Below, piece by piece: positions 1 through 8,723 of a stretch of DNA of 64,000 bases (positions within the stretch are counted from its first letter, which is position 1; the number at the start of each line of letters is the position of its first letter). A program made the position numbers and the translations under genes. The notes beneath the pieces are model-generated. The model did not search any database and had not been told where the DNA came from. It saw nothing but the letters and a program-made list of their open reading frames with translations. This DNA is from Methanomassiliicoccales archaeon (GTDB lineage: Archaea; Thermoplasmatota; Thermoplasmata; Methanomassiliicoccales; JACIVX01). Where the stretch lies: NCBI GenBank assembly GCA_050010535.1, contig JBEKKT010000003.1:1374-65373 (forward strand). Reading direction: 5' to 3'.

Positions 1-777
1 GTTTTCCTCTTCATGATACCTCTTGTGCTCGCATTGCATCGTCGTCTAAGGCTTTCGGCCCTGACCATCGCAGTGGGTCTCTGGACAAAGATATTTAATG
101 TGTTCTTCTATCCCGTGCTCTTCCTGAATACGAGGTTGTGGAAAGAACGTTTCGTGCAGATCGGCATCATTGTTCTAGTGTCGCTGTTTGTCGCCGCGCC
201 CTTCTTGGCGGTTGCTCCGAACGAGTTCTTGGCTTTTCCAAGTTACTACTTCCTTGGAGGCGGGTCGGGGCCAACTGGCGGCATCAGCATATGGGATTTC
301 CTGGCGATGGGAGGAATCAGCATCCCGGGGACTTTGCTCCTAGTCATCGTCGCCTGCGCCTTCGTGGCTTCTTTGTGGATAGTCTATAGGAAGAAACTTG
401 GATTCTGGGAGGGGATGCTGGTTGTGCTCGTTGCAGTGCTCATCTCGTACCCCCGGACAGCCCTGGTCTATTACACGCTGCCCGTCACTCTGCTGCTTCT
501 CTGGGGCTCTGAGTACACGGGCATCGCGATCCGCTGCTTTGTCATGTACGTTCCTTTCGGCGCATGCGTGTTTTTCAGCAAGAGCAACGTGCTCGGCGTC
601 CCGGTGATTAACGTCCCATGGGGGTGGGCCGCCGGGGTTCTCTTTTCAATCCTTGGATCCGCTTTGCTTATTGAGACGACATTGACCGCGCTTAAGAAGA
701 CCCCGTTCACTGCGCGCAATCAAATAGCTGAAAAGGAGAGACGACCAATCGGTGTCGACTCTGTTCCGAAAGCTTAA
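1..777 (+). CDS. polytopic integral membrane protein, C-terminal part (5' end lies outside the window)
   Basis: Frame 1 is open from base 1, and track ORF 13..777 is the in-window part. The product is a chain of hydrophobic helices (LTIAVGLWTKIFNVFFYPVLFL, LLLVIVACAFVASLWIVY, TLPVTLLLLWG) with a short polar tail. No catalytic motif was recognised and no family is assigned. Confidence 0.6.
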   Translation, partial: VFLFMIPLVLALHRRLRLSALTIAVGLWTKIFNVFFYPVLFLNTRLWKERFVQIGIIVLVSLFVAAPFLAVAPNEFLAFPSYYFLGGGSGPTGGISIWDFLAMGGISIPGTLLLVIVACAFVASLWIVYRKKLGFWEGMLVVLVAVLISYPRTALVYYTLPVTLLLLWGSEYTGIAIRCFVMYVPFGACVFFSKSNVLGVPVINVPWGWAAGVLFSILGSALLIETTLTALKKTPFTARNQIAEKERRPIGVDSVPKA

Positions 778-793
778 TGAGTTCTGAAAGGGA

Positions 794-1348
794 GTGCCAA
801 AGGCGATGGGAGAACCGAGGGGAGAGAAGCATCGGGATGCAGATACGTACGATATCAGCCCGATCGATGACGCCGAGTTCATAATCGAGCAAGAGAGACC
901 CTACGATGAACACGAAGATGTGATTCAGTTCTTCGTTTCTGGCGATCCCAAACCACAGGGCAGCACGAAATCGTTCTATGTAAAGAAGATTGACAAAGTC
1001 GTCACGACCCATGGTAACAAGAACACGAAGAGATGGCAACTACGCATCGCGATGGAAGCTCAACGTGCGAACGAGAAGCGAGCGCGATCCTTCTATTCCG
1101 GGGACGTTTGCTGCGGTTACGAGGTTACGACGAACTTCGTGCTTCCCCGACCGAAGAGCCTCCCGAGGAAGAGACGTCTGAACACCAAGAGGCCTGATCT
1201 CGACAAGCTGATCAGGACTGTCCTTGACGGCCTCGCTAAGATCATTCTCCCGGACGATGCTCAGGTCGTTTCGATAGTCGCCAGCAAGCGCTATACCGTT
1301 GACGATGAAAACCCAGGCGTATTGGTGAAGGTTGTCAGAGTGAATTAG
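794..1348 (+). CDS. rusA: RusA-family crossover junction endodeoxyribonuclease (Holliday junction resolvase) with an acidic N-terminal extension
   Basis: The 184-aa ORF carries RusA signatures: FFVSGDPKPQGSTKSF, then KRPDLDKLIRTVLDGL and PDDAQVV. Compare E. coli RusA RRRDLDNL...DDAQV. About 55 aa of Asp/Glu-rich leader precede the core. The start is GTG 794 or ATG 806. It ends in TAG. Confidence 0.75.
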   Translation: MPKAMGEPRGEKHRDADTYDISPIDDAEFIIEQERPYDEHEDVIQFFVSGDPKPQGSTKSFYVKKIDKVVTTHGNKNTKRWQLRIAMEAQRANEKRARSFYSGDVCCGYEVTTNFVLPRPKSLPRKRRLNTKRPDLDKLIRTVLDGLAKIILPDDAQVVSIVASKRYTVDDENPGVLVKVVRVN

Positions 1349-1471
1349 GGCTCTGATTCATTGGATACTCGAAGAAAGTTTCGATGCCAGACTTTGATCG
1401 TCCCCGTCGTCATGGCGTGGAAGACTCTAACCCTGACTGCAAAGGACTGTCCGGCGATTGGACCCTTCTCG

Positions 1472-1708
1472 TCACAGGCTGCATCGCCTTCTCAACCATA
1501 AGGGGGCAAAGGAGCGATGCCTTGCAGTTATTAGACAGTCATATTCATCGCAGTCGGTGAAACTCGCGAGTCATTTCGAGACTGCGCATCGGTAGACTTC
1601 GCAATAGTATCTAGAATACATCTTCATTTCCTGAAGGCATCCTTCGCACTCGACGACGTAGAGGGGAAACTTATCGCAGAGTTTCCCGCAGACTCCAATG
1701 ACCGACAT
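1472..1708 (-). pseudogene. Cys-rich DUF3795-like small ORF interrupted by an in-frame TGA
   Basis: My own translation from ATG 1708 gives MSVIGVCGKLCDKFPLYVVECEGCLQEMKMYSRYYCEVYRCAVSK, then TGA at 1571..1573, then in frame LASFTDCDEYDCL... to TGA at 1472. The CG..C...C.GC...C..YRC...C.EYDC spacing resembles DUF3795 zinc-binding proteins. The 45-codon piece is below the track cutoff. Confidence 0.3.
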
Positions 1709-1976
1709 CAGACGATTGCTTGAGATAAGCAGATATAAGAATTCTCTTCTGCGACATCAGAGCGAGCGCTGATTGCTCCCGAATGTCGGCGCGCGTCGGA
1801 AACGAGGGAGGGGGTTGGCCGATGGAATCTGCACTCATAGGGTTCATCATCTCCTTACGGATCAGCTGATCCTCTTCTCTTCATCTAGAGACTTCTATGA
1901 TCATCATCGGCCCCGATACCGACTCATCTACCATTCCACCAACGGAGGAATCGTATTTAGACCTGCCTGTGCAGGC

Positions 1977-3191
1977 TCAGTCAAGCAGCCTCTTCTCTCC
2001 CTGGATCTTCTGGATGCGTGCTATGTCCTGAGAAACCTCCAGGCATCCGACATACTTGCCGTTCCTATCTCTCATAGCTACATACTGTATGACGACAAAC
2101 TTCTCTCCCAAATGCAGCCAGAATTTCGCCAAGTCCCTTCGCCCTGCTCTGAAATCCTTAAGAATTCTGTCGACGACGTCCACGCTCTTCTGAGGGTGGC
2201 ACTTCTGAACCTTTCGCCCAATGATCGCTTTCGTGCGCGGGAATATCCTGTCCTTCGCCTGGTTGAAGTATCGGACCGTGTCTTCGTCATCGACGAAGGT
2301 GATGTCGACTGGAAGTGAGTTGAGAACGCATTCCAGCTGATTCACCTTGAACACGCCAGACTCGAGCACGATTTCGCTCCCAAGTTTCTTTGCCTTCGCG
2401 GCAGTCGTCTTGATCTCTCCCACCGCGTCTTTCGGGGTGAAGTAGCAGTACCCGAGATCGTCCATCGACGCTTTGATCTCCTTCCATTCTTTCTCCCTGA
2501 TGATCTTCAAGGCAGTAGGATAGAGTATGTTCTCCTCCTTGTAGAAGTGTGACGGTATCTGCTCAGCAAGAGCACGCAAAACTGGAAGGGCTCTCTCCTT
2601 GAACTTCGAAATGCCAAGCTCCTCACTTCTCTTCAGCGTTTTCGTGGCATCCTTAATGAGCTTCCTCTGCTGATCGTGTTCGGACCACATCACCGCCGGT
2701 GGCTGAATCACACCGTGCTTCTCCATCAACGGGAAAAGAGCGTTTTCTTCTCTCACCTTGTGCTTGTCATACTCTCTCAAGTGTCCCAGCAGTTGATCGA
2801 GTCGCACCATGGTCTCCTTGATCTCCGGGAATCCTTTGACCTTCTCAATGATCGGCAAGAGCCTCGATATCTCGTCCGCGACGTCTCTCACGAACCTGTG
2901 CTCTTCGACGAGGATGTAGATGGGATGCCCGGCCGAAATCTCGATCTTGGCTTTGTCCGCTGCCTCCTTGAATATGGCAAGGTGCACATCGCAAAGCCTT
3001 TGTATCTCCTGGGGCGGAAGGCCCTCTCTTACGAGCTCATCCTCAATCTCTGTTATGTCAGCCGACTCCATCCCGCCAAGAATGTCTTCGAAATCGGTCT
3101 TAACCTTCTCGGGACTCGCCCCCGCGCGCAGCGCTTCGATCAATTCCCTGACTCGCTCCTTAGGCCCCTTAGATTCCCCGCTCACAACCAT
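1977..3191 (-). CDS. DUF438 / hemerythrin-like / PAS domain protein
   Basis: The 404-aa ORF has an N-terminal DUF438-like region (ELIEALRAGASPEKVKTDFEDIL). It has hemerythrin-type segments (HPIYILVEEHR, REENALFP, HFYKEENILYP). The C-terminal PAS-like end reads VDITFVDDEDTVRYFNQ...FPRTKAIIGRKVQKCHP. Confidence 0.75.
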   Translation of the reverse strand: MVVSGESKGPKERVRELIEALRAGASPEKVKTDFEDILGGMESADITEIEDELVREGLPPQEIQRLCDVHLAIFKEAADKAKIEISAGHPIYILVEEHRFVRDVADEISRLLPIIEKVKGFPEIKETMVRLDQLLGHLREYDKHKVREENALFPLMEKHGVIQPPAVMWSEHDQQRKLIKDATKTLKRSEELGISKFKERALPVLRALAEQIPSHFYKEENILYPTALKIIREKEWKEIKASMDDLGYCYFTPKDAVGEIKTTAAKAKKLGSEIVLESGVFKVNQLECVLNSLPVDITFVDDEDTVRYFNQAKDRIFPRTKAIIGRKVQKCHPQKSVDVVDRILKDFRAGRRDLAKFWLHLGEKFVVIQYVAMRDRNGKYVGCLEVSQDIARIQKIQGEKRLLD

Positions 3192-3434
3192 TCCCCCATT
3201 ACAACTACAACCAGGATCACGTTTGGCCAGAGAGGATGATGTTCACAATGTTCCCTCCGGCCCGTCTTCATTTGAAATCGATGGCAGCAAGAGATACTTC
3301 AACATTTTGTATTTCGATACGGGTCAAGATCATAGTCTGTGACTGTGCAGGAATCGAGACGTTGAGAGCGCGCAAGGACCCAGATTCCAACGGATGCGAT
3401 TAGGTTAAAAGACCTCAACGACAATTCAATATAC

Positions 3435-3674
3435 ATGCCTAACGCGATAGTCCTCGTCAATTCCGAGGTTGGGAAGGAATCCGACATCATCGATGCGTTG
3501 GCCAAGTACGAAGAGGTCGAGGAAGCTTATCTTGTCTACGGCGTATACGACATCGTGGCCAAGGTCAATTCGGACACGATGGAGAGACTCGAAAGCGTCA
3601 TTACCCAGAAGGTAAGACAGATACCATCAATTCGTTCCACACTCACCCTAATCGTCAGCAGGCAAGAGAAATGA
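3435..3674 (+). CDS. stand-alone Lrp/AsnC ligand-binding (RAM) domain protein
   Basis: The 79-aa ORF MPNAIVLVNSEVGKESDIIDALAKYEEVEEAYLVYGVYDIVAKVNSD...IPSIRSTLTLIV follows the AsnC_trans_reg pattern. It has no helix-turn-helix part. Confidence 0.7.
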   Translation: MPNAIVLVNSEVGKESDIIDALAKYEEVEEAYLVYGVYDIVAKVNSDTMERLESVITQKVRQIPSIRSTLTLIVSRQEK

Positions 3675-3764
3675 GAGTGAAACACCAACCCTTGGATGAT
3701 CATTGGACTTGGTTTGAGAAGGCGAGACCAGTGACAGACCAGGTGATACAGAGAGGATGACTCA

Positions 3765-4400
3765 TTGAACGAGTTCGACAGAGACATTGAGACGCTTATT
3801 GACAGGTTGAAAGTGGGCACTAGTCCAGAGGTGGAGAAGAAGATTGCTGGGCTCGCCGGGCGGCTTGTCGAGCTTCGCGATATGAACCTGCTCAAGATCA
3901 ATCACTCGGTCTTGGAGATGATCGTTGCGAAGAACCTCATCGTTAGCGGGTACGACGTGAACCTTGAGTGCACTGTGGGGAACAGTCTCGCATGCGATGT
4001 GCTGGCCATCAAGGGCATGGGGACGATGATAGTCGAGATAGAGACCGGCTATGTTCCTCCCGCTCACGCCCTCGATCCCACCAACTACATCCGGGCCAGG
4101 ATTGCAAGCAAGATAGCTAGGTACAGCAACTACTCCAATAAGTTCGCGCTTGGCGCGCCTCCCCACTACTTGCTCCCGATACCGAAGTGTCTGACGAAGC
4201 CACCGAGGTACAGAACCGAGGAAGAGATCAAGATGATCAAATCATATTGCGATATGTACTACTCCAATCCGCCAGTGTCGAAGGAGGAGATTCTGAATTC
4301 AAGGATCCACAGCGTCCACGTCATCGATGTCGAGAACATGGTTGTCAGGGAGACGGATCCCGGCGACTACTTGAAACGGTGTGCGCAGTGGGGCGTGTGA
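3765..4400 (+). CDS. hypothetical protein, possible PD-(D/E)xK-like nuclease fold
   Basis: The 211-aa ORF starts at TTG, preceded by GAGAGGA. The only recognisable pattern is E..(VLEMIV)...CDVLAIKGMGTMIVEIETG, an Asp-strand followed by an E-x-E strand. No family is recognised. Confidence 0.45.
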   Translation: MNEFDRDIETLIDRLKVGTSPEVEKKIAGLAGRLVELRDMNLLKINHSVLEMIVAKNLIVSGYDVNLECTVGNSLACDVLAIKGMGTMIVEIETGYVPPAHALDPTNYIRARIASKIARYSNYSNKFALGAPPHYLLPIPKCLTKPPRYRTEEEIKMIKSYCDMYYSNPPVSKEEILNSRIHSVHVIDVENMVVRETDPGDYLKRCAQWGV

Positions 4401-4465
4401 AGAATCCCAACGATCACGAATGATATGAGAGTCTTTATACGGGCTGCTCTTTGGTGGGTCAGATC

Positions 4466-5095
4466 ATGACCCTGCCCGATTCTCCTCTGTTGTTTCTAGC
4501 GATGGTGGCATTTGTTTCCTTGTCCGGGGTAATCATGCCTGGTCCAGTGTTCGCAGCGACGGTTGCGAAAGGTTACGGCGACCTGAAGGCGGGGCTAAAG
4601 ACAGCAGCGGGACATGCCGTGGTGGAGGTTCCGTTGATTGCGGCGATATTCCTCGGTTTCGACACGGTCTTGAATGACCGCTACGTCTTCGCCGTCGTGG
4701 GCATCCTCGGAGGCCTTCTTCTCTTCTACATGGGGGCCGAGATGGTAAGGTCGAGAGAGAAACTCGCTCGAGGGAACGATGAGATGAGATACAGCTCTTT
4801 CACGGCTGGTATCATTACGACCATCGCCAATCCTTATTTCCTTCTTTGGTGGGCGACTGTCGGAGCCGTGTTGATCACCGGTGCCGTGCAGTTCGGGCTG
4901 ATAATGCTCCCGGTCTTCGCCATCGTCCACATCTCGTGCGACTTCGGCTGGAACCACTTCGTTTCCGTCACTGTCTTCAAATCCAAGGGACTTTGGAACG
5001 AGAGGAGACACCACTATCTCTTCGTGATCTCCGGGGTCATAATGCTGTTCTTCGCAATCTACTTCATCGCTAGCTCGGTCCTCGGTCTGATCTGA
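4466..5095 (+). CDS. LysE/RhtB family amino-acid exporter
   Basis: This hydrophobic protein of about 209 aa begins MTLPDSPLLFLAMVAFVSLSGVIMPGPVFAATV, containing the conserved PGP motif. It continues with NPYFLLWWATVG. The track ORF starts at TTG 4451, but ATG 4466 is preferred. Confidence 0.75.
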   Translation: MTLPDSPLLFLAMVAFVSLSGVIMPGPVFAATVAKGYGDLKAGLKTAAGHAVVEVPLIAAIFLGFDTVLNDRYVFAVVGILGGLLLFYMGAEMVRSREKLARGNDEMRYSSFTAGIITTIANPYFLLWWATVGAVLITGAVQFGLIMLPVFAIVHISCDFGWNHFVSVTVFKSKGLWNERRHHYLFVISGVIMLFFAIYFIASSVLGLI

Positions 5096-5283
5096 GAAGC
5101 CAATAAGCATACACGCCTCGATACACGTCAGAATCCCAAATGGCCAGGGCAAGGTCGAGTACTGGATGCCTACGGAATACCGCATGCGTTAGGGACTCTT
5201 TTCTTCGGTACCTTTTCTTTTTTTCTCTCATTCCATCCGAACGGCTGGCACGGCTGTCGCATTCTACCGAGGAAGCCCGCCGA

Positions 5284-6192
5284 CTAATCCCCTCTTCCGA
5301 TATCCATCATCCTTCGCAGTGGGGTTCTGGCCCGTTCCATGGTCTCCGGGTCAATCTCGACGGTGGGTTCGAGCGTCTGGAGTGCTTTGAGCACCGATCT
5401 CATCGTTATCATTTTCATCGTAGGGCAGACCGCTCCAGGAATGGAATAGAACAACTTTCCGGGGTTCTCCTTCTTCAGACGATAGATGAGCTCCTTCTCG
5501 GTCCCGATGATGAACTCGCGCATATCAGACGACTTCACGAATTTGACGATGCCTTCGGTCGATTTGACCGCGTCCGCAAGGTCGATGACCCCAGGCCTGC
5601 ATTCTGGATGAACGATCACGACGGCCTCGGGGTGTTCTTCCTTGGCCTTCAGGATCTTCTCGGGACTGATACGATCATGAGTGGGGCAGAACCCTGGCCA
5701 GAGAATAATTTCCTTGTCTTTGACGAACCTCTGCACATACTTGCCAAGATTCTCGTCGGGTACGAAAATGACCTTCTTCGAATCGACTGACTGCACAACC
5801 TTGACCGCATTGGAAGAAGTGCAACAAATGTCCATCTGAGCTTTACAGGCTGCGGTTGTGTTCACATAGCCGACTACCTTGGCGTCAGGATGCTTTCGAA
5901 TCAGCTCGACCAGACCCGTAGAATCGCACATAGCCGCCATCGGGCACTTCGCACCAGGCACCGGGTGCACCACTCGTTTCTCAGGATTGAGAATCTTGGC
6001 GCTCTCGGCCATGAAGTCGACTCCGCAGAAGATGATGACCTTTGCATCGACCTTCGTAGCCTGAATAGAGAGGCCGAGAGAATCCCCGACGAAGTCCGCT
6101 AGATCCTGGATCTCCGGACGCTGGTAGTTGTGCGCCAGTATGACAGCGTTCTTCTCCTTCTTGAGCTCCAGAATTCTCTCTCTCTCTGACAT
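5284..6192 (-). CDS. nadA: quinolinate synthase
   Basis: MSERERILELKKEKNAVILAHNYQRPEIQDLADFVGDSLGLS is a typical NadA N-terminus. Conserved Cys residues sit in CPMAAMC and FCPTH. ATG 6192 is preceded by GGGGGT. The track ORF extends to 6249. Confidence 0.9.
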   Translation of the reverse strand: MSERERILELKKEKNAVILAHNYQRPEIQDLADFVGDSLGLSIQATKVDAKVIIFCGVDFMAESAKILNPEKRVVHPVPGAKCPMAAMCDSTGLVELIRKHPDAKVVGYVNTTAACKAQMDICCTSSNAVKVVQSVDSKKVIFVPDENLGKYVQRFVKDKEIILWPGFCPTHDRISPEKILKAKEEHPEAVVIVHPECRPGVIDLADAVKSTEGIVKFVKSSDMREFIIGTEKELIYRLKKENPGKLFYSIPGAVCPTMKMITMRSVLKALQTLEPTVEIDPETMERARTPLRRMMDIGRGD

Positions 6193-6249
6193 CGAACCCC
6201 CGGATGACTGGGCATATATAAGAATCTGATGAAGGGAGACTGCGGGCAA

Positions 6250-7242
6250 TCAAGCATGTCCGATGTAGGGCTTGAAGGCATTTTCAAGCCGCTGGTTCTC
6301 CTCTACCGACAGCCTCCATCCAACCGCGCCACAATTGTCCTCGACCTGCTTTGGCCCACTTGCCCCGGGTATCGCCACCATATTGTCCCATCGGAGAACC
6401 CAATTAAGAGCGCTTTGAGCTGGTGTCTTCGAGTGCCTCAAGGACACAGCTTCAAGGTCATCCAGCGACGGCTTGAGCCTCCTCAGGCTCCTCCTCGAGA
6501 ACGCTGGTCTGAAGCGTCGGATACCGCCCGCTTTCACGCCCGGCAAGTACTTGCCGGTCAAAAGACCCTGCTCAAGCGGACTCCAAGCTATGATCCCAAT
6601 GTTGTTCTTCCTGCAATACTCGATAGTGCCGTCGAATTCCGGCTTCCTTGCCATCAGACTGTAGTGAACCTGATCCGAGACCACATCGCAGAAAGAGAGG
6701 GCTGACCGAGCCTCTTCGAGGCCCTTGACACCGAAATTGCTCAGGCCTATGTATCTGACCTTGCCATCCTTGACAAGCCTTTCCAAGTTCCTCATCAGCT
6801 TCCTCAAGGAATTAGTCGGATTCGGAAAGTGCACTTGATATAAGTCGATTGAGTCGACTTTCAATCGGTCAAGTGATTTCCTCACGGACCTGAAAACGAA
6901 ATCGGAGGAAAGCTTGAAAGGCCAGTATTTCGACGCGATGATGGGGCGCTTGTCTTTCTGAATGATTTCTCCGATCATCCGCTCTGACATCCCTCGGCCG
7001 TATAGCTCGGCCGTGTCTATGAAATTAATGCCTCCCTCAACCGCCTTGTCCCAGATTCTGATGACCTCGTCCCTTCCATATCTCTTGCCATAGCCCCAAT
7101 AAGTTCCAGATCCCCACTGCCAGGCTCCAAGACCGATGGAGGAGACGACCAAGTCGCTTCTCCCGAGCTTCCTATATTCCACGACAAGAGCATTTCCCTT
7201 TGAGTATAAGAGAGTTGCACGGGCGGACCACGCCTTCCGCAT
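6250..7242 (-). CDS. aldo/keto reductase
   Basis: AKR signatures are present: EYRKLGRSDLVVSSIGLGAWQWG, INFIDTAELYG and IGLSNF. The start is uncertain: ATG 7293, ATG 7242 or GTG 7182, the last giving MEYRKLG. Confidence 0.85.
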   Translation of the reverse strand: MRKAWSARATLLYSKGNALVVEYRKLGRSDLVVSSIGLGAWQWGSGTYWGYGKRYGRDEVIRIWDKAVEGGINFIDTAELYGRGMSERMIGEIIQKDKRPIIASKYWPFKLSSDFVFRSVRKSLDRLKVDSIDLYQVHFPNPTNSLRKLMRNLERLVKDGKVRYIGLSNFGVKGLEEARSALSFCDVVSDQVHYSLMARKPEFDGTIEYCRKNNIGIIAWSPLEQGLLTGKYLPGVKAGGIRRFRPAFSRRSLRRLKPSLDDLEAVSLRHSKTPAQSALNWVLRWDNMVAIPGASGPKQVEDNCGAVGWRLSVEENQRLENAFKPYIGHA

Positions 7243-7343
7243 CGACCCCTGGACGACAGACCTCTGACTACTGTCATCTGGTCGACCTTGCACTCATAAA
7301 CCTATAAATTATCAGAGATAGATGAGGCGACAGAGCTGTCACC

Positions 7344-7607
7344 ATGGAGGTCCGAGTCAACCCCGAGTACTGCAAAGGATGCCGTCTCTGTGTGATCGTA
7401 TGTCCTCACAGAGTCATCGAGGAGGGCACCGAGCTGAGTGAGAAAGGATATATTCCTCCAATCGTCTCGCACCCAGAGAAGTGTGCCAACTGGAAGAGGA
7501 CAGATAAGAGGAAGGCCGTGTGCGAGATGTGCATCCTCACCTGCCCGGATCATGCTCTTGAGTGGGACGAGAAGGCGGGGACAAAGGCGGAGGCTGTTGA
7601 GGAATGA
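7344..7607 (+). CDS. korD: 2-oxoacid:ferredoxin oxidoreductase delta subunit (2x[4Fe-4S] ferredoxin)
   Basis: The 87-aa ORF has two cluster motifs, CKGCRLCVIVCP and CEMCILTCP. It overlaps the alpha subunit gene by 4 nt. Confidence 0.8.
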   Translation: MEVRVNPEYCKGCRLCVIVCPHRVIEEGTELSEKGYIPPIVSHPEKCANWKRTDKRKAVCEMCILTCPDHALEWDEKAGTKAEAVEE

Positions 7608-8722
7608 GACTGAGGGCTGGCAACTACTTCATGCAGGGAAACGAGGCTTGCGTCGAAGGTGCGATAGCAGCCGGAATTCGTTTCTTCGCAGGTTACCCGA
7701 TCACACCATCCACGGAAATAGCAGAGGGGTTAGCAGAACGGTTGCCACAAGAGGGCGGCATCTTCATTCAGATGGAGGACGAAATAGCCTCGATCGCGGC
7801 AGTCATCGGCTCCTCCTGGGTGGGAGCGAAGGCGATGACCGCGACATCGGGTCCCGGATTCAGCCTCATGCAAGAGAATATCGGATATGCTGCAATGACC
7901 GAGACACCTCTAGTGATCATAGATGTCATGAGGGGAGGTCCTTCGACCGGTCTCCCGACTTTGCCTTCCCAGGGCGATGTGATGCAAGCGAAGTTCGGCT
8001 CTCACGGCGATTATCAGGTCGTCGCGCTGGCACCGGCCACTGTACAGGACATGTTCGATCTCACGATCAAGGCATTCAATTTCAGCGAGACTTATAGAAT
8101 CCCAGCGATCGTCCTTTCGGATGCAGAAGTGGGGCACATGAGAGGGAAGTTTACCGTGCCGAAGGACATTGAGGTTTTGGAAAGGAAGATGAGGACCGAT
8201 AAGGTCTGGCATGACGGATTCGCGTATGACGAGTCTCTTGTTCCACGGTTTCCCGTATTCGGCAAAGGATTTCGAGTTCACGTGACTGGCATATCCCATG
8301 ACATCGCAGGCTATCCGAGAAACGAGCCGGAGGTTCATGAGGAGCTCGTGAGACGCCTGACCGAGAAGGTGCTCAGGCACCGAAACAAGATCTCCATTAC
8401 CGAAAGATACAATGAGAATGCAGACCGTTTCATCGTTGCGTATGGTTCCCCGACGTTGTCCGCGATGGAGGTTATAGCTAACGATCCGTCTATCGGGTTG
8501 CTGCAGTTGAAGACTATCTGGCCGGTCCCAGAGGAGGCAATCAGGACGATCGCGAAGGATGCTAGGGAGATCGTTGTTCTTGAGATGAATATGGGACAGG
8601 TCTTCAGGGAAGTTGAGAGGCTGGCGTGCATGGAAGGGTGCAAGAAGGTCCGGCTTCTCTCGAAAGTCGGGGGCGAGGTACACGCTCCCGCAGAGATCGT
8701 CCAGTTTCTTGGGAGAGTCTGA
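7604..8722 (+). CDS. korA: 2-oxoacid:ferredoxin oxidoreductase alpha subunit
   Basis: GNEACVEGAIAAGIRFFAGYPITPSTEIAE is the typical POR/KOR alpha N-terminus. Length is 372 aa. Confidence 0.9.
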   Translation: MRLRAGNYFMQGNEACVEGAIAAGIRFFAGYPITPSTEIAEGLAERLPQEGGIFIQMEDEIASIAAVIGSSWVGAKAMTATSGPGFSLMQENIGYAAMTETPLVIIDVMRGGPSTGLPTLPSQGDVMQAKFGSHGDYQVVALAPATVQDMFDLTIKAFNFSETYRIPAIVLSDAEVGHMRGKFTVPKDIEVLERKMRTDKVWHDGFAYDESLVPRFPVFGKGFRVHVTGISHDIAGYPRNEPEVHEELVRRLTEKVLRHRNKISITERYNENADRFIVAYGSPTLSAMEVIANDPSIGLLQLKTIWPVPEEAIRTIAKDAREIVVLEMNMGQVFREVERLACMEGCKKVRLLSKVGGEVHAPAEIVQFLGRV

Positions 8723-8723
8723 T

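Noticed and set aside
1571-1573. In-frame TGA codons (here and at 30744, 30906, 30921) as selenocysteine sites.
   Set aside because: None replaces an obvious catalytic Cys. The PrsW locus also carries TAG stops and a frameshift. No SECIS-like element or Sec machinery is visible. Ordinary nonsense mutation is simpler.
1773-3239. Plus-strand track ORFs 1773..2318, 2676..3239 and 2920..3342, opposite the DUF438/hemerythrin gene.
   Set aside because: They lie antisense to a gene with clear family motifs. Their products are low-complexity and Arg/Ser/Leu-rich, which is typical of shadow ORFs in GC-rich coding DNA.
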